A DNA stretch of 64,000 bases from an uncultured Chroococcidiopsis sp. (GTDB lineage Bacteria > Cyanobacteriota > Cyanobacteriia > Cyanobacteriales > Chroococcidiopsidaceae), in contig CAXTYC010000002.1 of assembly GCA_964248365.1 (NCBI GenBank), positions 102,447 through 166,446 on the forward strand. Direction: 5' to 3'. Below are positions 32,501-42,779 of this stretch, one piece after another. The translations under genes were made by a program, and so were the position numbers. The notes below the pieces were generated by a model. That model saw only the letters and a program-made list of their open reading frames with translations. It was not told where the DNA came from and made no database searches. Positions within the stretch are counted from its first letter, which is position 1; each line of letters begins with the position of its first letter.

Positions 32501-33522
32501 TAGAAACTATCGAGCGCAATGCCAGAGCGCAAGCCCAGCTAATTGAAGACCTGCTAGATGTCTCACGCATTATTACAGGCAAGATTCGTCTGAATGTTCG
32601 TACTTGCCAACTCGTTCCCATCATTGAAGCAGCAATTGATACAGTTCACCTAGCCGCCGATGCCAAAGAAATTCGCCTCCAGTCCATCCTTGACCCCTTG
32701 GCGGGACCAGTTTCCGGCGACTCTGAGCGTTTGCAGCAGGTAATTTGGAATCTGCTATCAAATGCCATCAAATTCACACCCAAAAAAGGGCGAGTACAAA
32801 TCCGGCTAGAGCGGATTAACTCTCATGTAGAAATTACGGTAAACGACACAGGCATCGGTATCAGTTCTGACTTTTTACCCTACGTATTCGAGCGCTTTCG
32901 CCAGGAAGATAGCTCAACTACAAGATCATACAGTGGGCTGGGGCTAGGGTTAGCGATCGTCCGCCATTTGGTAGAACTGCATGGTGGTACTGTCTCTGTA
33001 GCCAGTCCAGGTGAAGGACAGGGAACAACGTTTACAGTTAAGCTACCGCTAATGCCTGTAGCAAGGTTAGAGACAACCAATCCAGAGCGAGTACACCCAA
33101 CTGTTAGTAGTGGAGTACCATTTGACAATCTTCCAAACCTTGCAGGAGTGAGGGTACTAGTTGTAGATGACCAAGCCGATACCCGTGACTTTATCACTAC
33201 AGTACTTAGAGAGTGTGGAGCCGAAGTCAAGGCGGTAGAATCAGCAGCCTCCGTCCTTGAGGCAATTCCACAGTGGCAACCTGATATATTAGTAAGCGAC
33301 ATTGGAATGCCTGAAGAAGACGGTTACAGCCTAATTCGCAAGGTAAGAGCTTTGGAATCTCAACGAGAAAGACAAATTCCAGCTGTTGCTCTCACAGCAT
33401 ACGCCAGAGTCGAAGACCGTATACAAGCGCTATCAGCAGGCTTTGCACAGCACATTACCAAACCAGTTGAGCCAGCCGAGTTAGTCGCAGTGGTTGCAAA
33501 TCTAGCCAGACAGACTCTGTAA
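29539..33522 (+). CDS. Membrane-bound hybrid sensor histidine kinase (TM region, ~5 PAS/PAC, HisKA, HATPase, REC)
   Basis: Repeated PAS/PAC (VWINRPDG/VWTSRPDG..WFGTCTDI), VSHELRSPL, NLLSNAIKF, GLGLGL, VSDIGMP. Confidence 0.95.
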   Translation: MSKVNRSRLHNLRLAYSPQTVTKTASLLAISLGCSVLVGWLFDIEVLKSFFSSNQATMKANTALCFVLSGLSLGLLLKRGQRGLGGQFQISRVCAVAVAVIGLLTLSQYIFGWNLGIDELLFRDLSNTVTTISPGRMGLNTATNFVLVGIALLLLGQRNRRSYWYAQVLSLIAALVSLQALMGYAYKVQVLYGIAPYTTSMALHTVLTFMMLCIGILLTRTDQGLMRVVTSDRPAGLLARRLLFLAIALPLLLGWLIVQGQRKGYYDAAFAITLFALVLIVIFAISIWKSAALIDKLYTERDRTLENLKANEQKLNSFVDGNIIGILFGDVHGNITQANDELLRIIGYTREDLLSGRIRWSDITPPELLYLDEQAIAEAKIKGACTSYEKEYIRKDTSRVPILAGFVLLGEQREEAVAFILDLTERKQVLAALQTSEERYRILAENVPQLVWINRPDGFVEYFNQRWLDYTGLQPNETLGWDWQQVIHPDDLVTTIEQWTNSLRTGGNYEVQYRLRRSDGVYRWHIGRGVALRDEHGQIVKWFGTCTDIDDRQRIEQQLQEANERVINILESISDNFTALDRQWRITYVNQATAKLNNSTPEEMIGKNHWEEWSWSVGTKIESEYHRAVAQQVAVDFEVFSEPLSKWFEIHAYPSADGLNIYSRDITERKQAEAALKESEERYRQLIELSPEGIFIQYEEEFVFVNSQCLQLFGATNSEQIIGKSITDFVHPDFHAIVKQRIQQLIEQRTEVPLIEQKWLRLDGTVFDAEVKAAPFTYQDKPGAQVIIRDITQRKQVQAALQASEERFRFLAESIPQIVWTSRPDGWLDYYNQRWFDYTGMTLEETQGWGWSRVLHPDDLQMCIERWTQAVETGEPLEIEYRFKRASDGEYHWHLGRALALRDQNGRIVKWFGTCTDIHDQKQMLAERDRALASEQAARAAAETSNRLKDEFLAVVSHELRSPLNAMLGWVQMLRAGKLNETMTAKALETIERNARAQAQLIEDLLDVSRIITGKIRLNVRTCQLVPIIEAAIDTVHLAADAKEIRLQSILDPLAGPVSGDSERLQQVIWNLLSNAIKFTPKKGRVQIRLERINSHVEITVNDTGIGISSDFLPYVFERFRQEDSSTTRSYSGLGLGLAIVRHLVELHGGTVSVASPGEGQGTTFTVKLPLMPVARLETTNPERVHPTVSSGVPFDNLPNLAGVRVLVVDDQADTRDFITTVLRECGAEVKAVESAASVLEAIPQWQPDILVSDIGMPEEDGYSLIRKVRALESQRERQIPAVALTAYARVEDRIQALSAGFAQHITKPVEPAELVAVVANLARQTL

Positions 33523-33927
33523 TCTTTGCAATCCCTGCAAATATTTTGCCCAATCTACTGCCAGAGGAATTTCTGTAAAGGGAATACGTACAATTGCATC
33601 TGATGAAAAGATAAATTCTAAAGCAATCGCCCTTCCTTTACCTGGCGGTGTCTCTAATGAAACTCGCCGATCATCCACAATTAAATCAATTGATTTGACA
33701 TCTTTTAAAGAAAAACTTTGCAGATCAATTAGTCCCTTTGGTGTAGGTTTCCCCCAAGTTAAATTACTGCCACTTTGAGCTAGGACGGCATAAATATCAT
33801 ATTTCGACCGCTCAAACTGCTTCGCCCAATGTTGATATCCCTCAACTTTCTGAAACTCCTTCCTACCTTGCCATGCTAGCCCAATAAATATCGCTAGCAG
33901 AGGCAACCATAAAAGTCCTCGTTCCAT
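33502..33927 (-). CDS. Conserved cyanobacterial protein with N-terminal TM helix
   Basis: MERGLLWLPLL..SKYDIYAVL..IPFTEIPLA. Confidence 0.75.
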   Translation of the reverse strand: MERGLLWLPLLAIFIGLAWQGRKEFQKVEGYQHWAKQFERSKYDIYAVLAQSGSNLTWGKPTPKGLIDLQSFSLKDVKSIDLIVDDRRVSLETPPGKGRAIALEFIFSSDAIVRIPFTEIPLAVDWAKYLQGLQRLQSLSG

Positions 33928-34351
33928 CTTTTAATTTTCGTCTCGCTGTTGAACTATACTATTTATCTTAAAAAAATTGCCTAGAAAAAAGTAAAAAGAT
34001 TGATTCCTACATCAATTTCGTGATATGCTTATCTCATACTGAAAATATAATTAATTTTTTTAAAAAAGCACATATTTCCATTATAAAGCAAGTGTACCAC
34101 TAGCAGCCGAAAAAATAAAGTAGGTTAGGCAAACAAATTCGATAAAATATTTGGCATTGCAAAATATAGTAATGATGACTTTCTAAAGCTTACTTAAAGA
34201 TGGGATCGCCTCTTCTTTGCCTTAGCGCCTTTGCCTCTTTGCGCGACACAAAATTACGAATTATTACGTAGCGGCAACAACCACCAACAAAGCAAGCACA
34301 TGAGTTATTTTGGAAGTTAAACTGCCTTGTGCTGCGTCTTGGGTTGTGGAT

Positions 34352-36127
34352 ATGAGAAAGCTTCTGGTACTATGTTTGTTTGTAATTGGACTGTTATTTG
34401 CCCTATCTAACTTTAAGGGCTTAGCCAGTCAGGGTGAATATGAGTCAATTGTGCTGGACTTTCGGGAAGATGTACCAGCAAGTGAAATTGAGGCTGGGGT
34501 TGTTGCTCTCGCATCAACATTAAAAGTCGCCCCCCAACTAAATAGTGAATTTTCCGCCTCAGATCATGTATATATTGTCAAAGGCGATCGCAACACACTA
34601 AAAAGCCTGAAAAAATCTAAGCTAGCTAAATCTACAGAATTTATTGAACCGAACTACATCTACCGTGCTTTTGAAATTCCCAACGATCCCGACTACGCTA
34701 AGCAGTGGAATCTGCGTAGTATCAACGTCGAGTCAGCCTGGGATGAAACCAAAGGCAGTGGTGTTACAGTTGCGATAATTGACACTGGCATTAGTCGTGT
34801 ACCAGACTTAGAAAAGACTCAATTTGTCGAAGGCTATGACTTTGTAAACGACAGCAAAGAAGCCCTCGATGACAATGGACACGGAACCCACGTTGCTGGT
34901 ACAGTTGCCCAATCTACTAATAACAACTATGGCGTTGCTGGTATAGCCTATGAAGCCAATCTAATGCCATTAAAAGTATTAAATGACTTTGGCGGTGGCA
35001 CAATATCTGATATTGCCGAAGCAATCAAATTTGCTGCCGATCATAACGCAGATGTAATTAATATGAGCTTAGGCGGTGCTGGTGAAAGCAAGCTTTTGCA
35101 AGAAGCGATTAACTACGCCCATCAAAAAGGAGTTGTCATAGTTGCAGCAGCAGGTAATTCCAACGAAAATTCTGCTTCTTACCCAGCCCGTTATCCCCAA
35201 GTAATCAGCGTTGCAGCGATTGATTCATCTGGAGAAAAAGCGAGCTATTCTAACTATGGCGCAGGAGTAGATATTTCCGCCCCTGGTGGCAGCGACACTG
35301 GTAAGATTTTGCAAGAAACCATCGATCCCGAAACCAGACAAGCAGTATTTGCAGGCTTCCAAGGTACTAGTATGGCAGCGCCTCATGTTGCAGGTGTCGC
35401 CGCTTTAATCAAAGCAACTGGTGTAAAAGAACCAAATGAAGTCTTGGGTGTGCTGCAAAAATCAGCCAGAGTAATTCAGGATGATGCACTCAACCACTAT
35501 GGCGCAGGACAATTAGATGCATCTGCTGCGGTTAAACTAGCGATGCGAGGACAAATCAGTTTCCGCGATTTCTTCCGCTGGCTAAGGGATAATGGCTATC
35601 TCAGCCCCCGTTTTTGGATTGATGGTGGTGCGATCGCGCTATTACCCAAAATTGCAATGGTACTTGGTTCTTACCTGCTGGCTTGGTTTTTACGAGTTTA
35701 CTTTCCATTTAGCTGGAGTTGGTCTTTATCGAGTGGGTTAATTGCTGGTAGTTCGGGCTTATTTTTCCTAAAAGGATTTTACATCTTCGATCTACCTCAG
35801 TGGCCCTTCCGGTTATTAGGTAGTTCAATTCCCGAACTGGGTAACTCGCTTAACGGTGATAGTGCATTGAATCCTTTGTTTGCCAGTGTACTGATTCCCT
35901 TTGGGTTAATTGTGTTGCTGCTGGGAAATCCTAGCTGGAAAAAGTTTGCTGTCGGTACATCCTTGGGTGTCGCCAGTTGCTTATTAGTTAGTGCAGTGGT
36001 AACGCCGCCGGATATATGGTGGTTAGGATCAGGTGCGATCGCGCGTATCTTTCTGATTGGCAATGCCCTACTATGTTATGGCATCGCTTGGTTAGCCATG
36101 AAAGGAGAAGGACAAAGCGCATTCTAG
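34352..36127 (+). CDS. S8 (subtilisin-family) serine peptidase with C-terminal membrane domain
   Basis: AIIDTG, NGHGTHVAG, AAAGN, GTSMAAPHVAG. Confidence 0.95.
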   Translation: MRKLLVLCLFVIGLLFALSNFKGLASQGEYESIVLDFREDVPASEIEAGVVALASTLKVAPQLNSEFSASDHVYIVKGDRNTLKSLKKSKLAKSTEFIEPNYIYRAFEIPNDPDYAKQWNLRSINVESAWDETKGSGVTVAIIDTGISRVPDLEKTQFVEGYDFVNDSKEALDDNGHGTHVAGTVAQSTNNNYGVAGIAYEANLMPLKVLNDFGGGTISDIAEAIKFAADHNADVINMSLGGAGESKLLQEAINYAHQKGVVIVAAAGNSNENSASYPARYPQVISVAAIDSSGEKASYSNYGAGVDISAPGGSDTGKILQETIDPETRQAVFAGFQGTSMAAPHVAGVAALIKATGVKEPNEVLGVLQKSARVIQDDALNHYGAGQLDASAAVKLAMRGQISFRDFFRWLRDNGYLSPRFWIDGGAIALLPKIAMVLGSYLLAWFLRVYFPFSWSWSLSSGLIAGSSGLFFLKGFYIFDLPQWPFRLLGSSIPELGNSLNGDSALNPLFASVLIPFGLIVLLLGNPSWKKFAVGTSLGVASCLLVSAVVTPPDIWWLGSGAIARIFLIGNALLCYGIAWLAMKGEGQSAF

Positions 36128-36325
36128 ATCTCCTTTTAGCCCCCTTGTAGTGAACTATCAAAGCAGAAGGACAAAGCCCATGACAAATCCCTTTTAGCCC
36201 CCCTTTTTAACTCCTGTTGGGGGGATCAGCAATCAGAACACCAGCATGACAACTCCCTAATAGCCCCCCATTAAAAAACTCCTGTTGGGGGGATCAGCAA
36301 TCTAGCATCAAAAGAGTTAACCAGC
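36107..36325. repeat. Degenerate ~65-nt tandem duplications with a tagcccccc...ggggggatc hairpin
   Basis: aaggacaaagc, ttttagcccc and aactcctgttggggggatcagcaatc each occur twice; relative at 37628-37670. Confidence 0.7.
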
Positions 36326-36556
36326 ATGAGTATCACAGTAACAGGCACAATCCAACGCCGTGACATCGGCACAGGAACCTGGGCATTAGTCACCGACGAC
36401 GGTACTACCTACGAAATCCAAAGAGGTGCGTCTAAAGCATTACTCAAATCAGGACAAAAAGTAAAAGTTCAAGGACAGGTACGAGAAGATATCATGACAT
36501 TAGCCATGATTGGACCTGTCCTAGAAGTCAAATCCTTTGAAATCCTCAGTGAGTAG
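36326..36556 (+). CDS. Small OB-fold-like hypothetical protein
   Basis: TVTGTI..GTWALVTDDG..KVKVQGQVRED..MIGPVLEV. Confidence 0.75.
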   Translation: MSITVTGTIQRRDIGTGTWALVTDDGTTYEIQRGASKALLKSGQKVKVQGQVREDIMTLAMIGPVLEVKSFEILSE

Positions 36557-36707
36557 CGAGGCAAGTATGAAGTATGAAGTATGAAGTGTGAAGTATGTTC
36601 GCGCGCGTTGCCGCAGGCTAGGATGTATTGGTAACTGGTAACTGGTAACTGATTTCCCTTTCCCCTTTACCCTTCAACCTTTTTGCCTTCAGCCTTTAGA
36701 TAGCCCC

Positions 36708-37013
36708 TCAATCAAGCACCTGTTGCAAACGAGTTCTAAACTCGCCCTTGGGATGACCCCCTTTTACTTCTCCCAAAATCTTAAAATCTCCTTCTGGAGA
36801 ATCACAGATGAGATAGGTGGGCCATCCCATGTCTGCTTTATCAGGATACTGAGTCAAAAGAATCTTGCGATACTTGCGGTAGGTAGCAGTGTCTTGCATT
36901 TTCACATCAATAAACTGCAAACCCAGTTCCTCGCTCACTTTCTTGTCATAAAAGGACATCTTATGGCAAATGCCGCAGTCTTCTGAAGAAAATTTAATCA
37001 CAGCTCGATCCAT
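36708..37013 (-). CDS. Thioredoxin-like protein
   Basis: CGIC motif, WPTY cis-Pro loop. Confidence 0.8.
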   Translation of the reverse strand: MDRAVIKFSSEDCGICHKMSFYDKKVSEELGLQFIDVKMQDTATYRKYRKILLTQYPDKADMGWPTYLICDSPEGDFKILGEVKGGHPKGEFRTRLQQVLD

Positions 37014-37699
37014 TGTTTACTTCCTCTTAACAGTTAAAAAAATTTTACTTAAAAGCCGCCATTATACCCATAGGCAGGGTAAGCCATCTTATATCATTTT
37101 GGATGCGTGGATTTTAGCAGTTTGCCACCTATGCCCACCATACCCACCAATTTCTGAGGATGGTAGGCGGTGCTGATACACATAGCATTGGTTTAATATA
37201 AGTTGCAGCCAACCTTGAATATCCGCAAGTAGCAAAAAATACAGACATCTCTAACGACTCTACGGTTTTTTTAGCAAATTACGCTATTACTACTAGTCTT
37301 TAAAATTTGTTAAAACATCTTTCAGTAACTTTACTAAAGTTATTTCTAACTTACTTTGCCTGACTTAGTATTATTACTGAGAAACTTATATCATATTTAT
37401 CGTGTAGACGCAAGAGAATAAACACTGAAAAATTTGACAATTTTTATTTGCTCTACTCAAGCACTTCAGAAGATCTACGCTAAAAATTCTTGATAGATAT
37501 CGCTAGTCTTAATTCGAGCTAATCATTAGCTGCGATCAACTTATTGCTCAAACTTAGAATGGAGAACAAGCTTTGCGACTTGGATCAGAAACACTCTCAT
37601 ATCATTTCCCTAAAACTACTAAAGACGATCCCCCCTAGCCCCCCTGATAAACCGCCGTTGGGGGGATCGGATCTGCTGCAAGAATAAACAGAATCGGTA

Positions 37700-37885
37700 T
37701 CACTGGTGGAATTATAGTGTGGCTGTGTTAGCGATTGCGATCGCAGGCGCTAATCAAGCTGCTGCTAACTTCCCTACCCAAAGCGCATCAAAGCTCTTTT
37801 GTACTATTTTTTGCGGCTCTCCTGGTGAGCGCTTGCTACGGCGGGGTGGTAGGAGTGTTGACAACTTTGCTAGCTGCTTTAGACG
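37700..37885 (+). pseudogene. Remnant of a DUF4118-like sensor membrane domain
   Basis: YSVAVLAIAIA / fs / LIKLLL..SFVLFFAALLVSACYGG..GVLTTLLAAL. Confidence 0.55.
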
Positions 37886-38439
37886 ATTGGAAAGTCTCAC
37901 GTAATACATCAAATCCTTATCGTCGCCTCTTTCCAATTCATCGAGGGATTTAGGGGGATCTAGAGAGCCTACAAATTCAAAACAATACTTTTCAAACATC
38001 CTCTTACTCAACGACTACTTTTTTGGGTTCCTTTATCAACCGTAGCTTAGGGCAAAAAATCCGCCTATTTTGTTCGTACTAGAAGCAATATCAATCAATA
38101 TCAATTTGTGAAGTAGTAAATCTAAAACTCAGTGTATATGACATTTTTCTTGAATTTTATAGGCTAATCATTTGGTGTTGATTCTCAACATAATTATTTC
38201 AAATGCCTTTTTTGCTTTTCCACCTGTTCAAGAAGAGAAAATCGATTCCATTGACGCTCAAAAGCAACTAATGTTTAGGTTTAGCGAACATAAAATTGGA
38301 TTACCTGATAATTTTGATATTCATAGCACAAATTTAGAATTAAACATAGGATAACCTATTAATTCCAATGCATGAGAGATAAACCAAATCCAAAGTACTG
38401 AAATTCAGAGGAATCCGGCGTAGGAAAGTATTTAAAACA

Positions 38440-40062
38440 ATGAATGCAAGAATATTACTAGTAGACGAAATACCTGTTGCTAAAAATATTGAAATTCGAT
38501 TGAAAAAAATTGGTTATAGCGTTTGTGGTAGTGTAGCAACTGGAGAAGAAGCAATCAAAAAAGTAACAGAAGCTGAGCCAGATTTAGTATTAATGGCTAT
38601 TCACTTAGAAGGAAAAATGGACGGTGTGGAAGCCGCCACAATAATTTATAAAGATTTTCATATTCCGGTAATTTATATCACTGCTAATGCTGACCAAAGC
38701 ACTCTAGAACGAACAAAAGTAACAGAACCATTTGGCTATATAATTAAACCTTTTAAAGAAAAAGAATTAAAAACAACAATTGAAATCGCTCTGAATAAAT
38801 ATCAAATGGAAAGAAAATTAAAACAGAGTGAACAATGGCTGACTACTGTACTCAAAAGTATCGGGGATGGGGTGATTACGAGTGACGAAGAAGGAACAAT
38901 AACTTTTATGAATCCTGTTGCTGAAGAGCTAACAGGCTGGAAACAGCAAGATGCTTGTGGTAAGGAAGCAACCGAAATATTTAATATTACCTATGCTCAA
39001 AGTGCTTTACCTAAGCATCCGATCAAACAAGTGCTACAGGAGGGTATTACCATTGACCTACCAGAACAGACAGTACTGATTGCTAAAGATGGCGCAGAAA
39101 TACCAATTGTTGATAGCGCTGCACCGATTAAAGATGACAAAGGTAATATTATGGGTGCAGTATTAGTATTTCGAGACATTACCGAACGTCAGCAAGCGAG
39201 GGCAGCGCAAAAAAAGCAAGTTGAGCAGGAGCGTCTGTTAGCGCAATTGGAAAAACTTAATGAACTCAAAGATGACTTCTTAAGCACGGTTTCCCACGAA
39301 CTGCGAACTCCCATGTCGAATATGAAAATGGCAATTCAGATGCTCAAATCTGCCCCCACTCCTGAAAAAAGTCAGCTTTATTTGAATATCTTGCAAAATG
39401 AGTGTAACCGTGAAATTGAGCTAATTAATGATGTACTTGACTTGCAGCGGCTAGAAACAGCATCCTATCCGTTGTTGTTGAATGAAAATATAATTCTAAA
39501 AGATTGGTTGCCTGGTGTAGTTGAGCCGTTCCGAGTTCGGATGCAAGAGAATCAGCAAACTCTACGCATTAATCTAGCAGATGATTTACCTCAGTTGGTT
39601 ACAGATCGCGGCAGCTTAGAGCGCATCTTAGCAGAACTCCTGAACAATGGCTGTAAATACACTGGCGCTGGAGGTGAAATTATCCTCAGTGTAAGCCACC
39701 AGGGGAGTATAACAGAGCAGGGGGAGCACTTTGAGCAGGGGGAGCACTTTGAGCAGGGGGAGAGGAAAATTACCAATTACCAATTACCAATTACCAATTC
39801 ACTGCCTACTCCCGCTCTAATTTTCACTATCTCTAATCAAGCAGAAATTCCCTCAGTAGAATTACCTAGAATATTTGAGAAATTTTATCGCGTTACCAGT
39901 ACTGACCGTTGGAAACGAGGTGGAACGGGCTTAGGGTTAGCTCTGGTGCAGAAGTTAGTCGATCATTTACAAGGAACTATCTCTGTTGACAGCCGTGACG
40001 GATGGACTACGTTCACTGTTCAATTACCAAATGCAAATATAGCGATTGGGCAATCAAAATAA
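38440..40062 (+). CDS. REC-PAS-histidine kinase (receiver degenerate)
   Basis: PFGYIIKPF, SIGDGVITSD..MNPVAEELTGW, VSHELRTP, GGTGLGL. Confidence 0.92.
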   Translation: MNARILLVDEIPVAKNIEIRLKKIGYSVCGSVATGEEAIKKVTEAEPDLVLMAIHLEGKMDGVEAATIIYKDFHIPVIYITANADQSTLERTKVTEPFGYIIKPFKEKELKTTIEIALNKYQMERKLKQSEQWLTTVLKSIGDGVITSDEEGTITFMNPVAEELTGWKQQDACGKEATEIFNITYAQSALPKHPIKQVLQEGITIDLPEQTVLIAKDGAEIPIVDSAAPIKDDKGNIMGAVLVFRDITERQQARAAQKKQVEQERLLAQLEKLNELKDDFLSTVSHELRTPMSNMKMAIQMLKSAPTPEKSQLYLNILQNECNREIELINDVLDLQRLETASYPLLLNENIILKDWLPGVVEPFRVRMQENQQTLRINLADDLPQLVTDRGSLERILAELLNNGCKYTGAGGEIILSVSHQGSITEQGEHFEQGEHFEQGERKITNYQLPITNSLPTPALIFTISNQAEIPSVELPRIFEKFYRVTSTDRWKRGGTGLGLALVQKLVDHLQGTISVDSRDGWTTFTVQLPNANIAIGQSK

Positions 40063-40475
40063 GTAAGTGTAGAAATTTCCTCCGTGTTTCTACAAAGATG
40101 CATAGCTAGGTAATTGATTTATTGGCTGATATATGGTATAATATCTGAGATATAAAAATCCGTATTTTCCAGATTATTGTTTGCTTGCTTCCCAAGTATT
40201 ATTAACAAAGGTTAAGTCCAGTCAGGCAGCAGTCAATTAGCTTTGATCTAAAAATTCGTGCCGTGCAGAATAACAACCCGATAGGGTTTTTGTACTCAGG
40301 CTCGATCGCAATGACCGGAAATTTGCTGATCTATATAGTAAATCAGGAATTTGATGGGATGAAACTTGGATTGGGATTAATTTTGATGACAATGCTCGAA
40401 GTAGCAGCAGCCAAAGGTGTAGATATTAATCAGTGCTACTAAGTACTGCGTTCATCTAAGTTTGAGAAACCAGTC

Positions 40476-40670
40476 ATGGAATACAACAGCACAAGCGATG
40501 GGAAATTAATCAACTTCTTGCAAGAGCAACTAGCGCTTTCACCTTTGGCGATCGCAATGGCTGTACGGCTTGGTGAACAAAATCCTGGTCCTTTGCCGAT
40601 GATTCTTTGGCAATATGGTCTAATTTCCATCGAACAACTCGAACAGATTTTTGATTGGCAAGCTCGCTAA
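40476..40670 (+). CDS. DUF2949 family protein
   Basis: LINFLQEQLAL..GPLPMILWQYGLISIEQLEQIFDW. Confidence 0.88.
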   Translation: MEYNSTSDGKLINFLQEQLALSPLAIAMAVRLGEQNPGPLPMILWQYGLISIEQLEQIFDWQAR

Positions 40671-40924
40671 TAAGATTTTAGATTTTAGATTTTAGATTTT
40701 AGGTTTAAAGATTGGGTTCTCTCCCTTTGCTCCCCTAGGCTCCTTTGCAGCAACCAGATCCCTGCGCTACCCCACCTTCCCTTTGCTCTTACTTACATGA
40801 GGGATCGGGGGGTAGCTGGATCGGGAAAGTAAAAAGGTTTATTTTGGTTCCCAGTGGGCTGGGAACGAAGAACTGATAGCGCAATAGCCCACCTTGAACC
40901 CCTTTTCAAGGAACCGACAGGGGA

Positions 40925-41038
40925 AGTCTACTAAAGTAGACGAGAGCGATCGCAGCTTCTAACCCGTTTCAACGGGTGAGGGCTATTAGCCTCTCACTTA
41001 AGTGACAGGCGGTTGTTGCAACAAGTGCAAGATCACAG
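40925..41038. mobile_element. Partial copy of the 14647-14828 MITE family
   Basis: agtctactaaagtagac, ccgtttcaacgg, gctattagcc, ggcggttgttgcaacaagtgcaagatc in the same order. Confidence 0.55.
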
Positions 41039-41053
41039 AAGAACAAAGCCCAA

Positions 41054-42112
41054 TCAAAGTTTTTTCTGATTTAGCTTTTCATAAGCCGCTAAAATCAGTG
41101 TTTCTGTTTCTTCCCAACCGATACATTTATCTGTCACAGAAACACCATATTTTAATTCTGCTAGATTACTAGGAAGCGGTTGGTTTCCTTCGGATAAATG
41201 AGATTCTAGCATCATTCCAACTATAGATGTATTGCCTTCTACGATTTGTTGGATCGCGCTTTCAAAAGCAATTCCTTGTAATTTGTAGTCTTTATTAGAA
41301 TTTCCGTGACTACAATCGATCACGATTCTTGGTGGTAAATTTGCCTTTTTCAACTGATCTTCCACCTTCTTGACATTAGCAGGATCAAAGTTAGGCTTTC
41401 CGCCACCACCACGTAAAATAACATGACCGTAAGCATTGCCTTTAGTTTTGAACATACTTACTTGTCCACTTTGGTCAATACCTAGAAAATTATGGGGTGT
41501 ACTAGCTGACTGTAAGGCATTTAAAGCAACTTGAATACCGCCATCAGTGCCATTTTTAAAACCAACAGGCATGGAAAGTCCACTAGCCATTTCTCGATGA
41601 GTTTGTGATTCAGTTGTTCTGGCTCCGATCGCAGACCAGGAAATTAATTCCCCAATATACTGCGGTACTATAGGATCGAGTGCTTCTGTAGCAGCAGGTA
41701 GCCCCATTTCGGCAACTTTTAGTAATAGGCTACGCGCCATTAATAGACCCTTTTCTATATTGAATGAATCATCCAGATCAGGATCATTAATTAATCCTTT
41801 CCATCCAACAGTGGTTCTGGGTTTTTCAAAGTAAACCCTCATAATCAGCAGGAATTGATTTTTAACTCGCTCTGCCAAAGTTTTTAGTCTTTCTGCATAC
41901 TCGACCGCTGCATTGACATCATGAATCGAACAAGGACCAACTACTATAAATTTTCTGTAATCTAAGCCGTCTAAAATATTTTCTATTTGGTTTCTAGAGC
42001 GCCAAACAGTTTTTTCTGCTAATTCTGTTAAAGGTAATTTTGCTTTTAGTTGATTAGGAGTAATTAGAATCTGGGAATTTTCTATATGAGTGTCAGATAT
42101 ATTATTGTACAT
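41054..42112 (-). CDS. aroF: DAHP synthase, class I-alpha
   Basis: VGPCSIHD, MRVYFEKPRTTVGWKG, IGARTTESQ, DCSHGNS. Confidence 0.95.
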   Translation of the reverse strand: MYNNISDTHIENSQILITPNQLKAKLPLTELAEKTVWRSRNQIENILDGLDYRKFIVVGPCSIHDVNAAVEYAERLKTLAERVKNQFLLIMRVYFEKPRTTVGWKGLINDPDLDDSFNIEKGLLMARSLLLKVAEMGLPAATEALDPIVPQYIGELISWSAIGARTTESQTHREMASGLSMPVGFKNGTDGGIQVALNALQSASTPHNFLGIDQSGQVSMFKTKGNAYGHVILRGGGGKPNFDPANVKKVEDQLKKANLPPRIVIDCSHGNSNKDYKLQGIAFESAIQQIVEGNTSIVGMMLESHLSEGNQPLPSNLAELKYGVSVTDKCIGWEETETLILAAYEKLNQKKL

Positions 42113-42310
42113 GGTATAATCATCCTGTTGAATCTGGACTAGAGGGAATCGGGTCGAAGTCTAATGTTTGTCAGAGTCAGCTAAAACTCTACGATCTTAG
42201 ACCAAAAAACTATTGCCTTGGTTAAGTTACATCAAAGATCCGAAAAAATAGACAAGTACCTAGACAATAAACGGGTAAAGCTTTGTAGAAATGAAGTGCG
42301 CTTCGCGCCT

Positions 42311-42608
42311 TCAACGCCTAATCTCAAACCCCCGTCTACCTTCTGGCGCTTCATACTCAACGTGTACATCTTTGACGAGGGCAGGCTCTTTCCCTTGCCG
42401 ACACCATGCAATTATTTCTTCAACCACATCCCTAGTTCCTTCAAAGACGGCTTCAACTCGTCCATCATTCAGATTACGCACCCAGCCGCTCACTCCCAAA
42501 TCGTTTGCTACCTCCATCGTTGACATCCGATAGCCAACTGAGTGAACTCTTGGGTGAAACAAAGATATGAGCGCAGATTTGATTGTGTAGAGATGATGAA
42601 TCTTGCAT
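42311..42608 (-). pseudogene. acyP: Acylphosphatase, frameshifted
   Basis: MQDSS..AHIFVS / +1 fs / RVHSVGYR..GWVRNLNDGRVEAV; 298-nt span is not a multiple of 3; the VQGVG loop is altered. Confidence 0.8.
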
Positions 42609-42660
42609 CAACTTGTCCAAACAGCTTATTTAGGTAATCTTGTACTTGTCCATATATGGC

Positions 42661-42696
42661 AAAAGTGGCGTTAACTATACAGCTAACGCCACTTTT
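42661..42696. terminator. Strong hairpin, probable terminator for the D/R-rich gene
   Basis: aaaagtggcgtta-N10-taacgccactttt. Confidence 0.75.
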
Positions 42697-42779
42697 ACGA
42701 TTCTACTGTCTAAGCTAGACAATCGGAATTTAGAAGTTTATTCAACTCTTGCCTAGTTCGGATCGCAGTATCTATATTC

